A stretch of 62,556 nt of DNA, counting the filler, from Choristocarpus tenellus KU-1152 (taxonomy: Eukaryota > Protista > Phaeophyceae), in assembly GCA_964200185.2 (NCBI GenBank). It is 13 parts of 13 records of this genome, joined end to end, with 100 filler letters (N's around TTAATTAATTAA, not from the genome) between each part and the next. Parts side by side here need not be neighbours in the genome. Positions count along the whole stretch, not along the records: positions 11,989 to 15,912 come from CAXNAD020017119.1; positions 16,013 to 21,121 come from CAXNAD020011837.1; positions 21,222 to 25,454 come from CAXNAD020015562.1; 10 more parts are not named here. One strand, 5' to 3'. Position 1 is the first letter of the stretch, and each line of letters begins with the position of its first letter. The translations under genes were made by a program, and so were the position numbers. Of this stretch, positions 13,961 through 25,554 are shown in pieces. Under the pieces are notes generated by a model. That model worked only from the letters and a program-made list of their open reading frames with translations, was not told the DNA's origin and searched no databases.

Positions 13961-14599
13961 TTCGTAGATGTATGTGTGGATTACACTTAGTTATAGTCGT
14001 TTTAGGGTCAATCCAAGAAAATATGCCGTCACTGCTTTGAGGATTTTTGAATTTGGCCTTCAATTAATGAAAGGAATGGTTGGGGATTGGTTGGGGTATA
14101 TGGTAAAGTACCCATGTTCATGTGCTTTTGCTCATGAACTATTGAAAAAATTGTCGTTGATTAGGGTTAACTGGTGGTTTGCGCTTCGTGAGGTGAACAA
14201 ATGTCTGCATCCATTTTGAAGAAGTATGATTAATGGGGTTTGAATTGGTCAGATTAGTCCGAGTTAAACGATTAGTTTATTTATTTTTTGATGTATGGTG
14301 ATGAATATTGTAATTTCCTTTTTGGGCTTTTAAATTCAAGCGACCAAATAGTGTAATTGAAGTATGGTCAGGGATGGCATCAAGAACTTCACGTGGGCGT
14401 TGGTCAATAGTCTGGTTTTCAGGAGAGTTTTGTTGGGGTAAGCGAGGGATATGCTGGAGGTGAAAAGGGTTAGGGAAAGGTTTGTTCAGGGACTAGGTTG
14501 TTTTTTGGAGCATGTCGACATGAGGGTAGTGTTGTGGTTTGTGGGTTGGGTTGACGACTGTCCATGTGGGTGAGGGGTGGGTCATGTCACAGATCTCGA

Positions 14600-14970
14600 T
14601 CGATTTGGTTACAAGAGTAGGCATCAACAATGCATTACATGTGCCTGGTTGTATGCACATGTCTGTGGTCTTGGGAAGTATGGAAAATAGAGAGTCATCG
14701 TTTACTGTCATTAAATCATTGATTGCTTTGGTTTTGGTATAATGTTACCGATTCCTTGACTGATGACACTACGGTTAAACCCATTATGGAAAAATTGTGA
14801 AAATATTGAGGAAACAACCTGTTGACAGACACACGCCTAATTCTGGATGTACATAAAACTTGCAGGCATGTAAGGATGTGACGGTTTGGTGCAAAGGATA
14901 GGTGTTCCAGAGCTACTACACGACAGCAATATAAGCTTCATCAAAGTGTGAACGTTTATGAGAAATATTA
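14600..14970 (+). pseudogene. Possible degenerate KDZ (Kyakuja-Dileera-Zisupton)-type transposase remnant
   Basis: Across frameshifts: TRVGI..PGC..MENRESSFTVIKSL, then PVDRH..C, then SSKCERL. Order resembles the KDZ motifs TxG..CG..ES, VDxFH..C, NTxxxEQ. Recognised from memory only. Confidence 0.3.
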
Positions 14971-15891
14971 GCATGAAACAAGCGGAGCGGTCTTCAATCA
15001 TTAAAACCAAGACGGAACTGTACCCTCCTTTGGTCGAAAGGTTAGTGTTACCCTATGATCACCAAAGCACCCCATAACAACGAAGGGAGAACATGGCAAG
15101 GATTATGGTGTTCACCAACATCGTATGATAACGATGATATGCTGTGTTAGACATTGATTAGTGTTTAAGGCCATCGACCTCACTTTGCATGAGAAGAACG
15201 GTTTAGGGGGTAAAAAGGTGTCATCCCACGGGATATTAGCCTTGTATTCGTTCATCTCTGGGTTAGAGTCGCTGGCCTCCTTTCCTGTGACATCTTCAGT
15301 ACTCTTCTTCCCTTTACAAGAGAGTTTCTTGGCCTTAATGGTGCTGTGCTCTTTCTTGATCAGGCACCCCTTAGTGTAGGGGACAACTGCGGAGGGGAAG
15401 TGCATGCAGAGTGACGAAGGACAGAAGTTGTATGTTATGAGCATTGAAGTCGTTGTACATGTTCTTTGTGAAGTTTATTTACCTTCAGTTTTCAATGAAC
15501 GGAATTGGTCCTACTTCGGATACAAACCTTGCTTTACATGGAGTATACTGAAGATACAAAAATGGATGCAGGCGGAAAACCCGTGGCACACTCGGAAAGG
15601 AATAATTTCGTACGCCTGATACACGTAGTAGCAAAACATGTGTTGCCTTACTTCTTCTATATCAATCACTGTTGGTAGTTTTTCACCAGGAGTCGGATCT
15701 TATCCAGCAAATGGCTGTTCTCCAAAAAAATTGACCAGTCTATTTCTAGTAAAAAGCATTAGCGCCTGGTAAAACTTAGCAAAGATGGAAGGTTTCGAAA
15801 ATGATTGGATATGATATTTCTTACTGAGAGTCGACACACAAGATAACCCCTTCTGTGCCTGATGATACACCAACACACTCATCCCACTTAT

Positions 15892-15912
15892 GGGTCAAAG
15901 TATCTGGGGGGG
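15892..15912. mobile_element. MITE family B terminus at contig end
   Basis: GGGTCAAAGTATCTGGGGGGG followed by the gap. Confidence 0.7.
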
Positions 15913-16012
15913 NNNNNNNNNNNNNNNNNNNNNNNNNNNNNNNNNNNNNNNNNNNNTTAATTAATTAANNNNNNNNNNNNNNNNNNNNNNNNNNNNNNNN
16001 NNNNNNNNNNNN
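15913..16012. other. Artificial contig linker
   Basis: N44-TTAATTAATTAA-N44. Confidence 0.99.
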
Positions 16013-16256
16013 CCCTCAATTTAATGGGGTTGCTGAACGAATGCTGGGTATTATTGATGAAGCTTCATTAGCTGCCCGCCTTCAAGCTCCACTACGTTTT
16101 CCCCATGTCACCATCCCCAAGACCGAATCCCTATGGGCTGAAGCTCAACACTATGTTTGTGACTCGCTCAATCGCACGTCGACCACGGCTAACCCAGGTT
16201 GTAAATCACCATGTGAAATGTGGTATGGCACCCCTGCACCCCATAGATTTGTTTAA
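16013..16256 (+). mobile_element. Ty1/Copia integrase C-terminal fragment
   Basis: PQFNGVAERMLG...ESLWAEAQHYVCDSLNRTSTTANPGCKSPCEMWYG contains the Copia motifs NGxAER, LWAEA, xNR and SPxE. Confidence 0.9.
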
Positions 16257-16812
16257 GCTCGAGCCAGGCTGCCCTCCTGTCAGTGCTGACCACCATCGCT
16301 GCTGCCCCCCTCGTGGCCTGGCCCAGCAAGGCCTCACGATGCTTGACGTACTCGTTGTACTCGCTGTGTTCCCCAAACGATGCATCCGTCGTAGGAGATG
16401 CAGGGATGTGGTACGCCGGTTGGAGGATGCGGTATAGTCTCTTCCTGCCCGCATAGCTCACCAGCACCATCCGCTATTCTGCCCACTTCTCTCTTGCATG
16501 CCCTCACAGGCCAATCCATAGTGGCAGCTTATGTGAGTCTACTTCCATACCTGTAAGGCTCATAACTTGTGGGAAAGAGCCGTTCGAATATATTTTTGCT
16601 ATATGTGGTATGGATGAATTAATTAGCGGAGTGAGCACCATCCCTCGAAGGGGGATGCCCTGCCTCGTTACCTACTGTGCAAGTCAGCAGACACATCAGA
16701 ATGTGTCTGTGTCAGTCGTTCTGTGTACGTTGTTCTGTGTCAGTCACTTGTAGCAAACCAAAAAGAAACTAACGAGCCCGTCGAGACTCGAGTCCATGAC
16801 TCCTAACCTACA
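16257..16812 (-). mobile_element. Copia 5' fragment: candidate LTR (16568-16812), PBS (16557-16567) and degenerate gag start
   Basis: On the minus strand ...CCCACA|AGTTATGAGCC, then MEVDSHKLPLWIGL*...RMVLVSYAGRKRLYRIL, similar to the gag start of the 59864-62556 element. Outer LTR boundary is approximate. Confidence 0.65.
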
Positions 16813-16829
16813 GACTACCAGCCTATATT

Positions 16830-17370
16830 TCAAAGAGACCGCCCAGGAAATTCTGGTCATTCATATCTGATAGGGCAGAGGTGGAGAACATACACATTGG
16901 GTGCGTGAGAGCCGATGGAGGGACGGAGCTCAATAATATTGAATTTAAGCATGTACTGGATGAAGGTAAGGTAATGCATGAGTGCCTGGGATTCCTCAAC
17001 TCAATGGGACATTGGAACAGGCTGCGCTGATTGTGGAGAAAGGCTTGGGGTCATGATGCATGCAGCTGCTCTAGGAATCATGTGGGATTCCGGGCTGACT
17101 CAATATGGCTAACTAACTGTCTTACTAACGTGCCCCCAACATATGCTAATCCCCACCATAAGTCCCCCTTCGAAATATATAATGGTATTTCTACTCATCC
17201 TCATCTATTGCCACTTTGGGGGTAGTTCAAGGGGTACACGCTAGAGTGGATAAACGCATGCATAAATTGGCTCCTAGAGCTGAATCATGGTTGATGATGG
17301 GACTTTCCTCCACCCTTACAATTCACTGCGGGTCCTGCTTCCCAATTCAGGGCAAATAGTCCATAGGAGG
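16830..17370 (+). pseudogene. Degenerate Copia integrase core plus SH3-like region
   Basis: IGCVRADGGTELNNIEF, PQLNG, ANPHHKSPFEIYNG and HKLAPRAE across frameshifts. Confidence 0.8.
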
Positions 17371-19253
17371 GCTACATGTGGGGAAAACTTACGCTGATCT
17401 AGTGTCTGCCATGACTGATGATGGGGTTGTGGTAAATAGAAAACATGGTTTGAACTTGGAAGGAAGGCTCTGACTTTCGAGGAAGTGGAATCAGGGCCAA
17501 GTGTTAAACCATTGGGGGAGTCAAGGGGAAATGATACTCTGGAATTGTTCTGCTGTACGAGGCGGTGAACGGGAGTTGAAAGTGGAGACAGTGGGATCAG
17601 ATGGCGTATTGGATACATCCATGGATGATGCGGATTAGAAGTCACAGCAGGGGAGTGGGAGTAGTGCAGTGATGCTCAGACTTGCAGATCACAACAGTGA
17701 TCCTCCACCTGAGTCAGGCGAACCATTGGAGCAACACCTGAGGCATGAGAAGAGACTGTTTGGTCTTCTTGTTGGTGGGAAAGCAAGAATATTTGTAGTT
17801 TAATGAACTTGCACCTCCTATCCAATAGTTCACTTCAACTCTCTTTGAATCCGTGAGATGTTCAAGGTGTCCCCTTCTTCGCTTGTTCTCACAAAATAGA
17901 AAACCTTGTCTTTTCTACGCCCAATCTTTTGGCGATCAGTCTCGATACCTTCACTTTAGTCGTTACGATTGTCAATAACAAACCTGTCAGTCATATGTAA
18001 TCAGAAGAACACATACCTGCCCCTCCAAAAAAACAACTCTCCCCTGGCCAACCTGCCCTTTACTCGATTTTTACTTTTTGCATCAGCTTCCCTACCTTTT
18101 GATTATTTCTTCTTGCGGTATCCATATGAGGTGTGAGGTATCTTTGAGGTCCATCCATGCAACCATTTATATTGATATTTACCATCCTCAGATTCCTCGC
18201 TTTTGGTCTGAATAACTAGAGGTTGGCTTCTAGCAAAAAAAACTTCTCCCTTACGATCAGAGAGATAGACAACCTATTTGGCAATCTACTAGTAGCAAAC
18301 CCTGAGTTGAAGTGTGATGTTGATTATGAGGATTCGGATTCACAGGAGTCAACCAACTTCGACAAGGACAAAAGAGGCAAGAAACGTACGACTAAGACCC
18401 GGCACCCCCTGCTCCATATAGTATGGATGAGAGGAACGATAATCATGACGGTTGCACGGATATGGACACTGTAAGTAATAGCAACAATGGAAATAGTATT
18501 TCTGGAATTGACATGGGGGGGGATGCGATTGGTGGGTCAAGGAAAGCACATGCCTCCTGCACTAAGTGGAAACGCGACAACGACAAGACAATTTCAGTGT
18601 CTACTCAAATTGCTACAAAGGCAATTTTCAAGTTATACTCTTCTTCAAAGAAGAAGGAACGATCCCAGTCTCAGGAGGAGCGAGCACGGGATGAAAGGAA
18701 GTGGGAAAGAGCAAGAGTTTGCCAAAAGACAAGGAAGGAAAAAAAACACCACAAGCCCAGGAATGCCAGGAACAGAAGAGCGATGAGGAGAAAGAGAACA
18801 AGAGTCATGAAGAGGAGGACAACAGGGATAACAAGAGTCCTTTTCTCTTTCAAGCCTCTTCGCTGGAGGGTTCAAGGTCACCACAGAGGGGAGTGAAAAT
18901 GAGGGTGAGGGTATAGGTACACATCACTTTGTGGAAACCAAGAGGGAGATTATTGCAAGAAAGTGAGACGGAGATAGGGAAGAGGAGGATGATGCTACTA
19001 CCACCGTAGACAAGACCTCCACGGCCTATAAATAGTAACAGGGATACTACCGGTATTGTTGAAGAAGTTAAGGAACCATCAACTCCTCCCAAGAACAAGT
19101 GTGAGACAGCATACAGAGTAACCACAAACCTTTCTCCAAGGTTGTGCCAACGTATTGTTGGAATTGAACTTGGCCAAGCACTTTCTTAAAGAAATGGGAA
19201 AGGACAAGGAAAAATCAACCATAATGGGCATAACCTGAAACAGGTGATTACTG

Positions 19254-19543
19254 GAGCCAAAGCTAAGAGGGTAGGAGTTTTGTCCTGTTTGTCCGTTTGG
19301 GGCTTGGCTTCCCACAGATTTTTTTTTTGCATTTTCCTTCTCTGAAACGTTTCGGAGTCGATAAAATGTGTACGTTTTGGAGTAAATATAATGTACTCTG
19401 GAGTAGAAGACTGAAAAGGTGCATCTGGAACAGGGATATTGACACTTCCTAACAAACACAATAGCCAAAATTGCATCAAAATTGCAACACATGATTTTGG
19501 ACCCCAAACGGACGCGGCTCTACCCTCTAAGATTCTTTGACTC
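19254..19543. mobile_element. MITE family A (290 bp, internal insertion), 3-bp TSD CTG
   Basis: CTG|GAGCCAAAGCTAAGAGGGTA...TACCCTCTAAGATTCTTTGACTC|CTG. Confidence 0.85.
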
Positions 19544-20539
19544 CTGACCATAGATTCATCATGGCAAAGACTGGTACAAAAGCGAAATCAATTATTGTGG
19601 AAAACTATTGGTATGTACATGGTGCAATCATTAAAGGGTTCATTGAGCGGAAGGAGGTTACCAGGCAGACCTTGCAGATTGAGGATACAGAGATTCTCTT
19701 CGAGAGGAAAGTTAGTTTCTCTGTTATATGCATGCAGAAGAGTGGAGTGATTTCTCATCAAGTTATAACCTCTGGCACATGTTGACGGAGGCATATTCAA
19801 AGCTGAAGGGTTGGTGGAAGAGCGAAGATGGACATGATTGGCTCCGAAATAGTAATGATACGTACAGAATGTAGCCTGTACTCTATGTGTACATGTTCTA
19901 TGGCTTATTGTATGCAGGAGGAAGTGTTTTGTGTGTGTGTGTATCATGTCCCACACACTGCACATACATACTACTACCACTTAACTACTGCATGCTTTCA
20001 TATCCATTTGGCTTGTGAGGCACATGATGATGTGCAGAATGCATCGATAATCAGTCTTTTTAACACTGAGTATTTGGACCTGATGCTTCCTCTTTCATTC
20101 CTTCAGCACCACTCTTTTATCTATTCTTTTGTTTTCAGTGGTAGTATCATTGGAAGTGTTATCATTGGTAGTTTTCTGTTATAGTTTTAATGGTAATAGT
20201 AGTAATATCAGTATACAGTATTCCTATTTTTTGAAATTCAAACAGAGAGAGAAGATGAAGGTATCTATCTCACATTAAATTAAAAAATTGAATAAAAGAT
20301 AATTCCAAACTTAGGAATAGGTGGAAAGGAAGTCAAAAATATCCACCATAAAACAAATCCACATAATAACACAGAGTGGGACAGGTACACTTACACTAGG
20401 GCAACATAGTGCTCTCTATCAGCCGCAAAATGCTAACATAGTGCACAGGCATACATGACACGGCACTAGAACAGGCCTGATGTTATTAAATAAGCTTGTC
20501 ACTAGCAATAAGCTACAACCCACAATATTGTATCTCAAG

Positions 20540-20950
20540 GATGTAGAACATGTCCAAGGGTCAAACAACTTTTTTGGATCCGTTCAAGCAATGTATACCT
20601 AACACTTTTGTGATGCATTGAATAACATTGCCGCTGAAGACATCAGCACCTTCTAAAATATGGGATAGGCAAAACGATCAACCAACATTTTTGGATTTAT
20701 CCAAGCAATGTGTGTAACTTAATATTTTGTGAAAAATTGCAAAAGTTGTCGCTGAAGTCATTGTTGGTATCATCATATTAGCATGGGTCATCTGAAATGG
20801 TCAAAGAATGGGTTTGGATCTGTCCAAGCAATAATATTTAACTCACACTTTTGTGACATACTGCAAAATGTTACCAGTCATGTCACCATTAGTATCTCAT
20901 GCATCTGGGGCCGGCAAAACGGACAATGTTTTGGGATCTGTCCAGGCAAA
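20540..20950. repeat. Diverged tandem array, ~119-bp period, 4 palindromic cores
   Basis: Core TTGGA-N4-TCCAAGCAA with GGAT at 20576, 20693, 20816 and 20934; TTTTGTGA recurs in three units. Confidence 0.7.
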
Positions 20951-21121
20951 GGCTCAAAGTATCTGGGGGGGGTGGCGGCTGTCCATTTGGAGTCGATTTT
21001 TTATGTCGCAATCTTTGGGTGATTTGGTTGCATACGTAGAATGGATAATGTAAATGCACTTTCCCCGATTTTTGTCAAAATGGACACCCTCGTGTAGAAC
21101 CATCCACCCCCACCCCCCCCC
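20951..21121. mobile_element. MITE family B, cut by contig end
   Basis: GGCTCAAAGTATCTGGGGG...GTCCATTTGG...AAATGGACACCC; reverse-orientation homologue of 7036-7220. Confidence 0.85.
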
Positions 21122-21221
21122 NNNNNNNNNNNNNNNNNNNNNNNNNNNNNNNNNNNNNNNNNNNNTTAATTAATTAANNNNNNNNNNNNNNNNNNNNNNN
21201 NNNNNNNNNNNNNNNNNNNNN
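21122..21221. other. Artificial contig linker
   Basis: N44-TTAATTAATTAA-N44. Confidence 0.99.
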
Positions 21222-22031
21222 ATAGCTAGAACCCTTAAGCTTATCAAAGATGCTGGTGATGTTTCCGAGACCTCCACTATCACTTCGTGAGAGGTCATTA
21301 AGCATCCCATAGTCTGTGCACAACCTAAGGGTCCCATCTTTCTTACGTACTGCTACTACTGCTGCTGCCCATGCTGAGTTAGAGGGTCTGATAATACCAC
21401 ATTCCTGTAACTGCTTAACCTCGACTTGAATCATCTGCGTTTCTTCAGGGGAAAAGCGCCTTTGTTTCGCTGCATAGGGTGTACAGTTCTCGTCTAATAG
21501 TGGTATATGTAATACTCCTCTAGAGCATGGGGGAACTCGTTTGGGATCTTCAGGGAATACCCCTAAATTTATAAGTTCTTCCAACAATTCCACCAACTGT
21601 TTCTTCTGCCCTGGTGTCAGCTGTCCCAAATTGGCATCGCTGAGGCTCACCGATTGATGTCGGACTCCCTTGGCTTCACCTGAAGGGGTGTCTCCTTCTT
21701 CTGCTACCGGGCAGTCACCAGGCTCGTCTGCTTCTGGGGAATGCCTTGTCTGAAAACCAGTCTTGGCAAGCAGAACCTGTACTTTCTGAGGATCTTTGGG
21801 GGAATGGGCTAGTGACTGAAAGAGTGCAACCACCCTCTCTGTGTCCTTAGTATTCAGAGCTATCGCCTTTGCAACCGGCAGCCCTGCCTGGACACTACTG
21901 GGCTTGCTGCACGTATTTAACAGCTTGCAATAAATAGGGGTTCCTGGGTTCCACCATTGTACACCTCTGACAACTCCGACAGCATTCCCTAATTCCAGGT
22001 TATACTCTGCTAAGGGCTCAATCATCACCAA
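21222..22031 (-). CDS. Gypsy pol fragment, reverse transcriptase N-terminus (cut by gap)
   Basis: YAAKQRRFSPEETQMIQVEVKQLQECGIIRPSNSAWAAAVVAVRKKDGTLRLCTDY..LN is a canonical Gypsy RT start. Confidence 0.92.
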
Positions 22032-22384
22032 CTGTCTGGACTGTGGTTATGCCCCCTTGACAAATCCTTTGCAGACTTTGCTGACAAACCCTTCTACATG
22101 TTCTTCTTCTGACAGACGCAATTGCCATTGCAGAGTTCCATCATCTTCCCACGCTACCTCTACCGAAAGGGGTACTACACCTGTATTCTGCAGTGGTTGG
22201 GTCAGGGGATCCTTGTCTTGGGCAAGATCTATAATGGCAATACCTGCTTCTGGATCCATATCTTGGGTGCCTGCTTCTGGGCCTACATAAAAAAAGTTGC
22301 ATGTTCCTTTTCTGGTGGTGTATGCTCACCAGTTTGAGTACTAGTGCATCTTGGGAGTCTAGGGACTGTGTTAGGGGGGGGTTC

Positions 22385-23009
22385 TCAACATTCAGTTGAT
22401 CTGGGCTTATTGGGAGGAAGTCTGTGGTACTTGGATGGTCGGGTTGTGGGAGTCATTGATGCTTGCCATTCTCCTAGGGTTGACAGGGGTGCATTGTTAT
22501 CACGAGGTCGGGGTGTCACTGCTCGAACAAAAGTTATCCGTGGTGAATTTGGAGCTGGTCGAAAGCCTTCGCCCTCTCGAAATGACAGTATGCTCTTTTT
22601 CTGCCTACCGAATGTGACTCCCAGAACCATCCCGTAAGGTAAGCCTTCCACGACTCTAAATGTCACAATTGTGGACTCTATCCTCTGGGGGAAACAATAT
22701 TGGGAGTATGCAGGATCCTAGTACCTGCATAGGTGGAATACTGCATTCTTTCGGGTTTTCCGCATGCAACGTTCCCTTACCAGTTTGGTTAAGGTGTGGT
22801 AAGCCGGTGCTACCTCCCCAAAGAGTAGTACTGCGCCAGAAAGCAGACGAGATGTAGTTCCCACCTCCTGCACCTGTGTTAAGGAGCATCTGTACAGGCA
22901 TTCTCGAGCGGACTTTGCGAGGGTGCCACAGCAGTGCAGATAGCCATACTCGACTAGTTCGTTGGGAAGTTGACATAGTGATTATGTTCGAGGCAAGTGT
23001 GGGGGTCAT
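22385..23009 (-). pseudogene. Gypsy aspartic protease, frameshifted, catalytic Asp replaced by Asn
   Basis: MLLNTGAGGGNYIS (DTG to NTG, codon AAC at 22878-22880); FRVVEGLPYGMVLGVTF lies in the next frame. Confidence 0.8.
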
Positions 23010-23066
23010 GCTTCCTATGGCTACAGTGCCTAAGTTCCCTGGAGCTGAAGACTCCAGGGCGTACCC

Positions 23067-24771
23067 TCAGGGCAACTCGGGAACTTCAGAATTGGTCGAG
23101 CTGCTTGCAAATGGTGGCGGAAACTCAAAGTCTTGCATCGCGGCGAGGTATTGCAAATGGGCATCTGTCAAGGCTACCATCGTATGTGACTCGTTCGCTG
23201 GGGTGGTACTTGGCTTATCTTGGGACAGACATGCAAAGTAACCCTTAGGTACTATGGCGTCGTCGTGAGTATACCTGCACCTGCGACTGATAGACTTGAA
23301 GCATTCGCGACCAAAGGCATGATGGAAACAAACTCGATGTGCCTTGAGCCACTCGACCACCTCATCTTGGGAAGCAGATGGCGAAGATAAACCTTACCCG
23401 AATGGTGTCGACCTGCATCGTTCGCTCTGTCTGTGGTTATAGAGGACGTGGATCGGGGCACAGACTGGGTGGCGGATGTTGCTGGGCGAACGGGCGCGGA
23501 TGCATTGCTCTTCGAAACGAACGTGGTACCATGTTTCCCAGGAGCAGAAGCAGGTTGATTTGTCAACGCAGCACAGACAATGGGCAGGGGGTTTTGGGAC
23601 AAAACAGGTTGGAGCATCGGTGCGAGGGCCGCCAGCACACTGTTGATCACTTCTTGGTGTGGTGATGGAGTCTGGCTTGGCACCTCCAAGGATGTCCTGC
23701 TATGTTGAGGTAATTCCAGTTCCTGTCTGCCTACCGGGGTGTCAACTAGGGCAGGCAAAGGGTCGGACATGCTTGCAAACATAGCACGAGCATTAGCCAT
23801 GACACCTAAAGCAGTAGATGTCCTATCTTTAGACGACACAGGTTTCGTAGCATTTGATTGGTTGGGAAAAATGCGTACTGGTCGCTACGATTGGACAATT
23901 CTTCGATAAGATCGTCAAAGATCCGCTCTGCTTTAATTCCCCGCTGTGCCATTTCATCTCCTAAAGGATTATCCTGGGAAATTGCCAGTGGGCGAATTTG
24001 GTTCCGAATCTCCTTTCGAAATGAAAATGCCATTGACTGTACTCCAATCTGATCTAGAACATTGGGAAGAAGGATAGGAAGAGCTCGTTCGCAAAAATCA
24101 ATGAGTTGATCTTCAGCTATATACCTCCAAAAGAAACTTGTCTCGCAAACATGAGGCATCCACGAATCTACGGTGTATGCTCGATAATGCAAGACAAGCC
24201 TGTTGGCTGCAGCTTTCCACGATTCCCCTCGGCATTTTTGACTGACTATACGAAAGGGTGCATTCTCTCACCAGGATACGGACCCACTCGGTCGCTGTCA
24301 TGTCTTCCCGAGGAACCCAAAGGAGGTGTCCGGTGACGCTTGGGACTTCCACTGTAGATGAGTCGCTTAGGAGATCACTGTGGGTCCTAAGAGAGTCAGA
24401 CAGTAGTTGCTCAAGAAGCTCGATGCGGAAAGGGGTAAGGGTATCACTACGTGGACGTGATGTATTGTGATAGTGGACAAAATCTTTGGGTAAGGCCCAC
24501 GATCCTCGTTGAACCCTCCCTAAAGCCTTGGTAAGAGCATCATGAAAAAAACGGGGTTGTTTGACATGGTTGTGGCGGAGTTATCTGCAGGTACTCCAAG
24601 AACGACGGGGTCGTGGGCAGGGTCTCCGAGTTTCCTATGAATGCGTTCTATGGTTTTAACACAATCTTGGTGATAACGCATATCGAGGTTGCGCTCTTGC
24701 CTATCGGGTCGTGAATCACGTGACTCGGCTCGAGTATGCAACTCATGAATCTCTCTTCGCATCTGCCTCAA
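23067..24771 (-). pseudogene. Gypsy gag, fragmented, with C-terminal CCCH-type motif
   Basis: Overlapping ORFs 24520-24771, 23806-24192, 23252-23839 and 23067-23360 upstream of the protease; CFHHAFGRECFKSISRRCRYTH at 23265-23330. Confidence 0.65.
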
Positions 24772-25454
24772 CCTCTCTGGACTGATGTACCGTACTCAGG
24801 CTATTCCTTTGAGATTGTCTGGGAGATACAGACCTGTGCAGTGCGGAGAGGAATAATCACTGGTCTGACGGTGACGACGCAGTGAACGGGTACAGCCTCT
24901 GCGTTCTTCTCTGGTCCGCCTTCCATGTTGATGAGAGTGTCTGTCCCGGGATCTCAACCTGGAGCGGGATCTTCCACAAGTGGAAGACCGAAAACGAACG
25001 CGCTCTCTGGGCTTGTCTCGACGTTCAGTAGTGTGGACACGACTGCAACCAGAATTGCCTTGAGCTGCAGTACTGGACTGGAATCTCTCGGAATCATCAA
25101 TTCCTTGGGGAATCTGTGGGTCGGAGGCGACCTCAGCTTCTTGCGAATGCTGGGAGCTAGACATGTCTGTAAACCTGGGGAGTAAAAGGGCAAGATGGCA
25201 ACCAAAAGCGAACAAAAATGTGTGAGTAAAGGAACGCAGAACAATTTACTACCTAGGCAACGTCTCGACCATGGTGGTCAAAGACCACGCATTTTATGAC
25301 TATAGGCGAGTGATGTGGCGATCAGAGGCCACTCGTTCTATGGCTAGAGAAGGGTGATTCCCTCAGAGCCACCCAAGCTCTCAGATCAATTAGATGACCA
25401 GTCCAGGGAGGCCTGTAGACGACGAATGAAGACCTCAAACCCAGGTAGGACCAG

Positions 25455-25554
25455 NNNNNNNNNNNNNNNNNNNNNNNNNNNNNNNNNNNNNNNNNNNNTT
25501 AATTAATTAANNNNNNNNNNNNNNNNNNNNNNNNNNNNNNNNNNNNNNNNNNNN
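25455..25554. other. Artificial contig linker
   Basis: N44-TTAATTAATTAA-N44. Confidence 0.99.

Larger units (their letters stand above)
21222..25454 (-). mobile_element. Ty3/Gypsy LTR retrotransposon, 5' portion (gag-protease-RT start), frameshifted
   Basis: Chain of minus-strand ORFs: gag-like (about 25215-23067), aspartic protease motif, spacer domain, then RT directly after the protease as in Gypsy order. Confidence 0.88.

Noticed and set aside
20540-20950. CRISPR-like repeat-spacer array
   Set aside because: The inter-core segments are related to one another, the cores are degenerate, and there are no cas genes.
25262-25300. PBS of the Gypsy element (TGGTCGAGACG on the minus strand)
   Set aside because: Cannot be matched to a tRNA, and no second LTR is available to fix the boundary.
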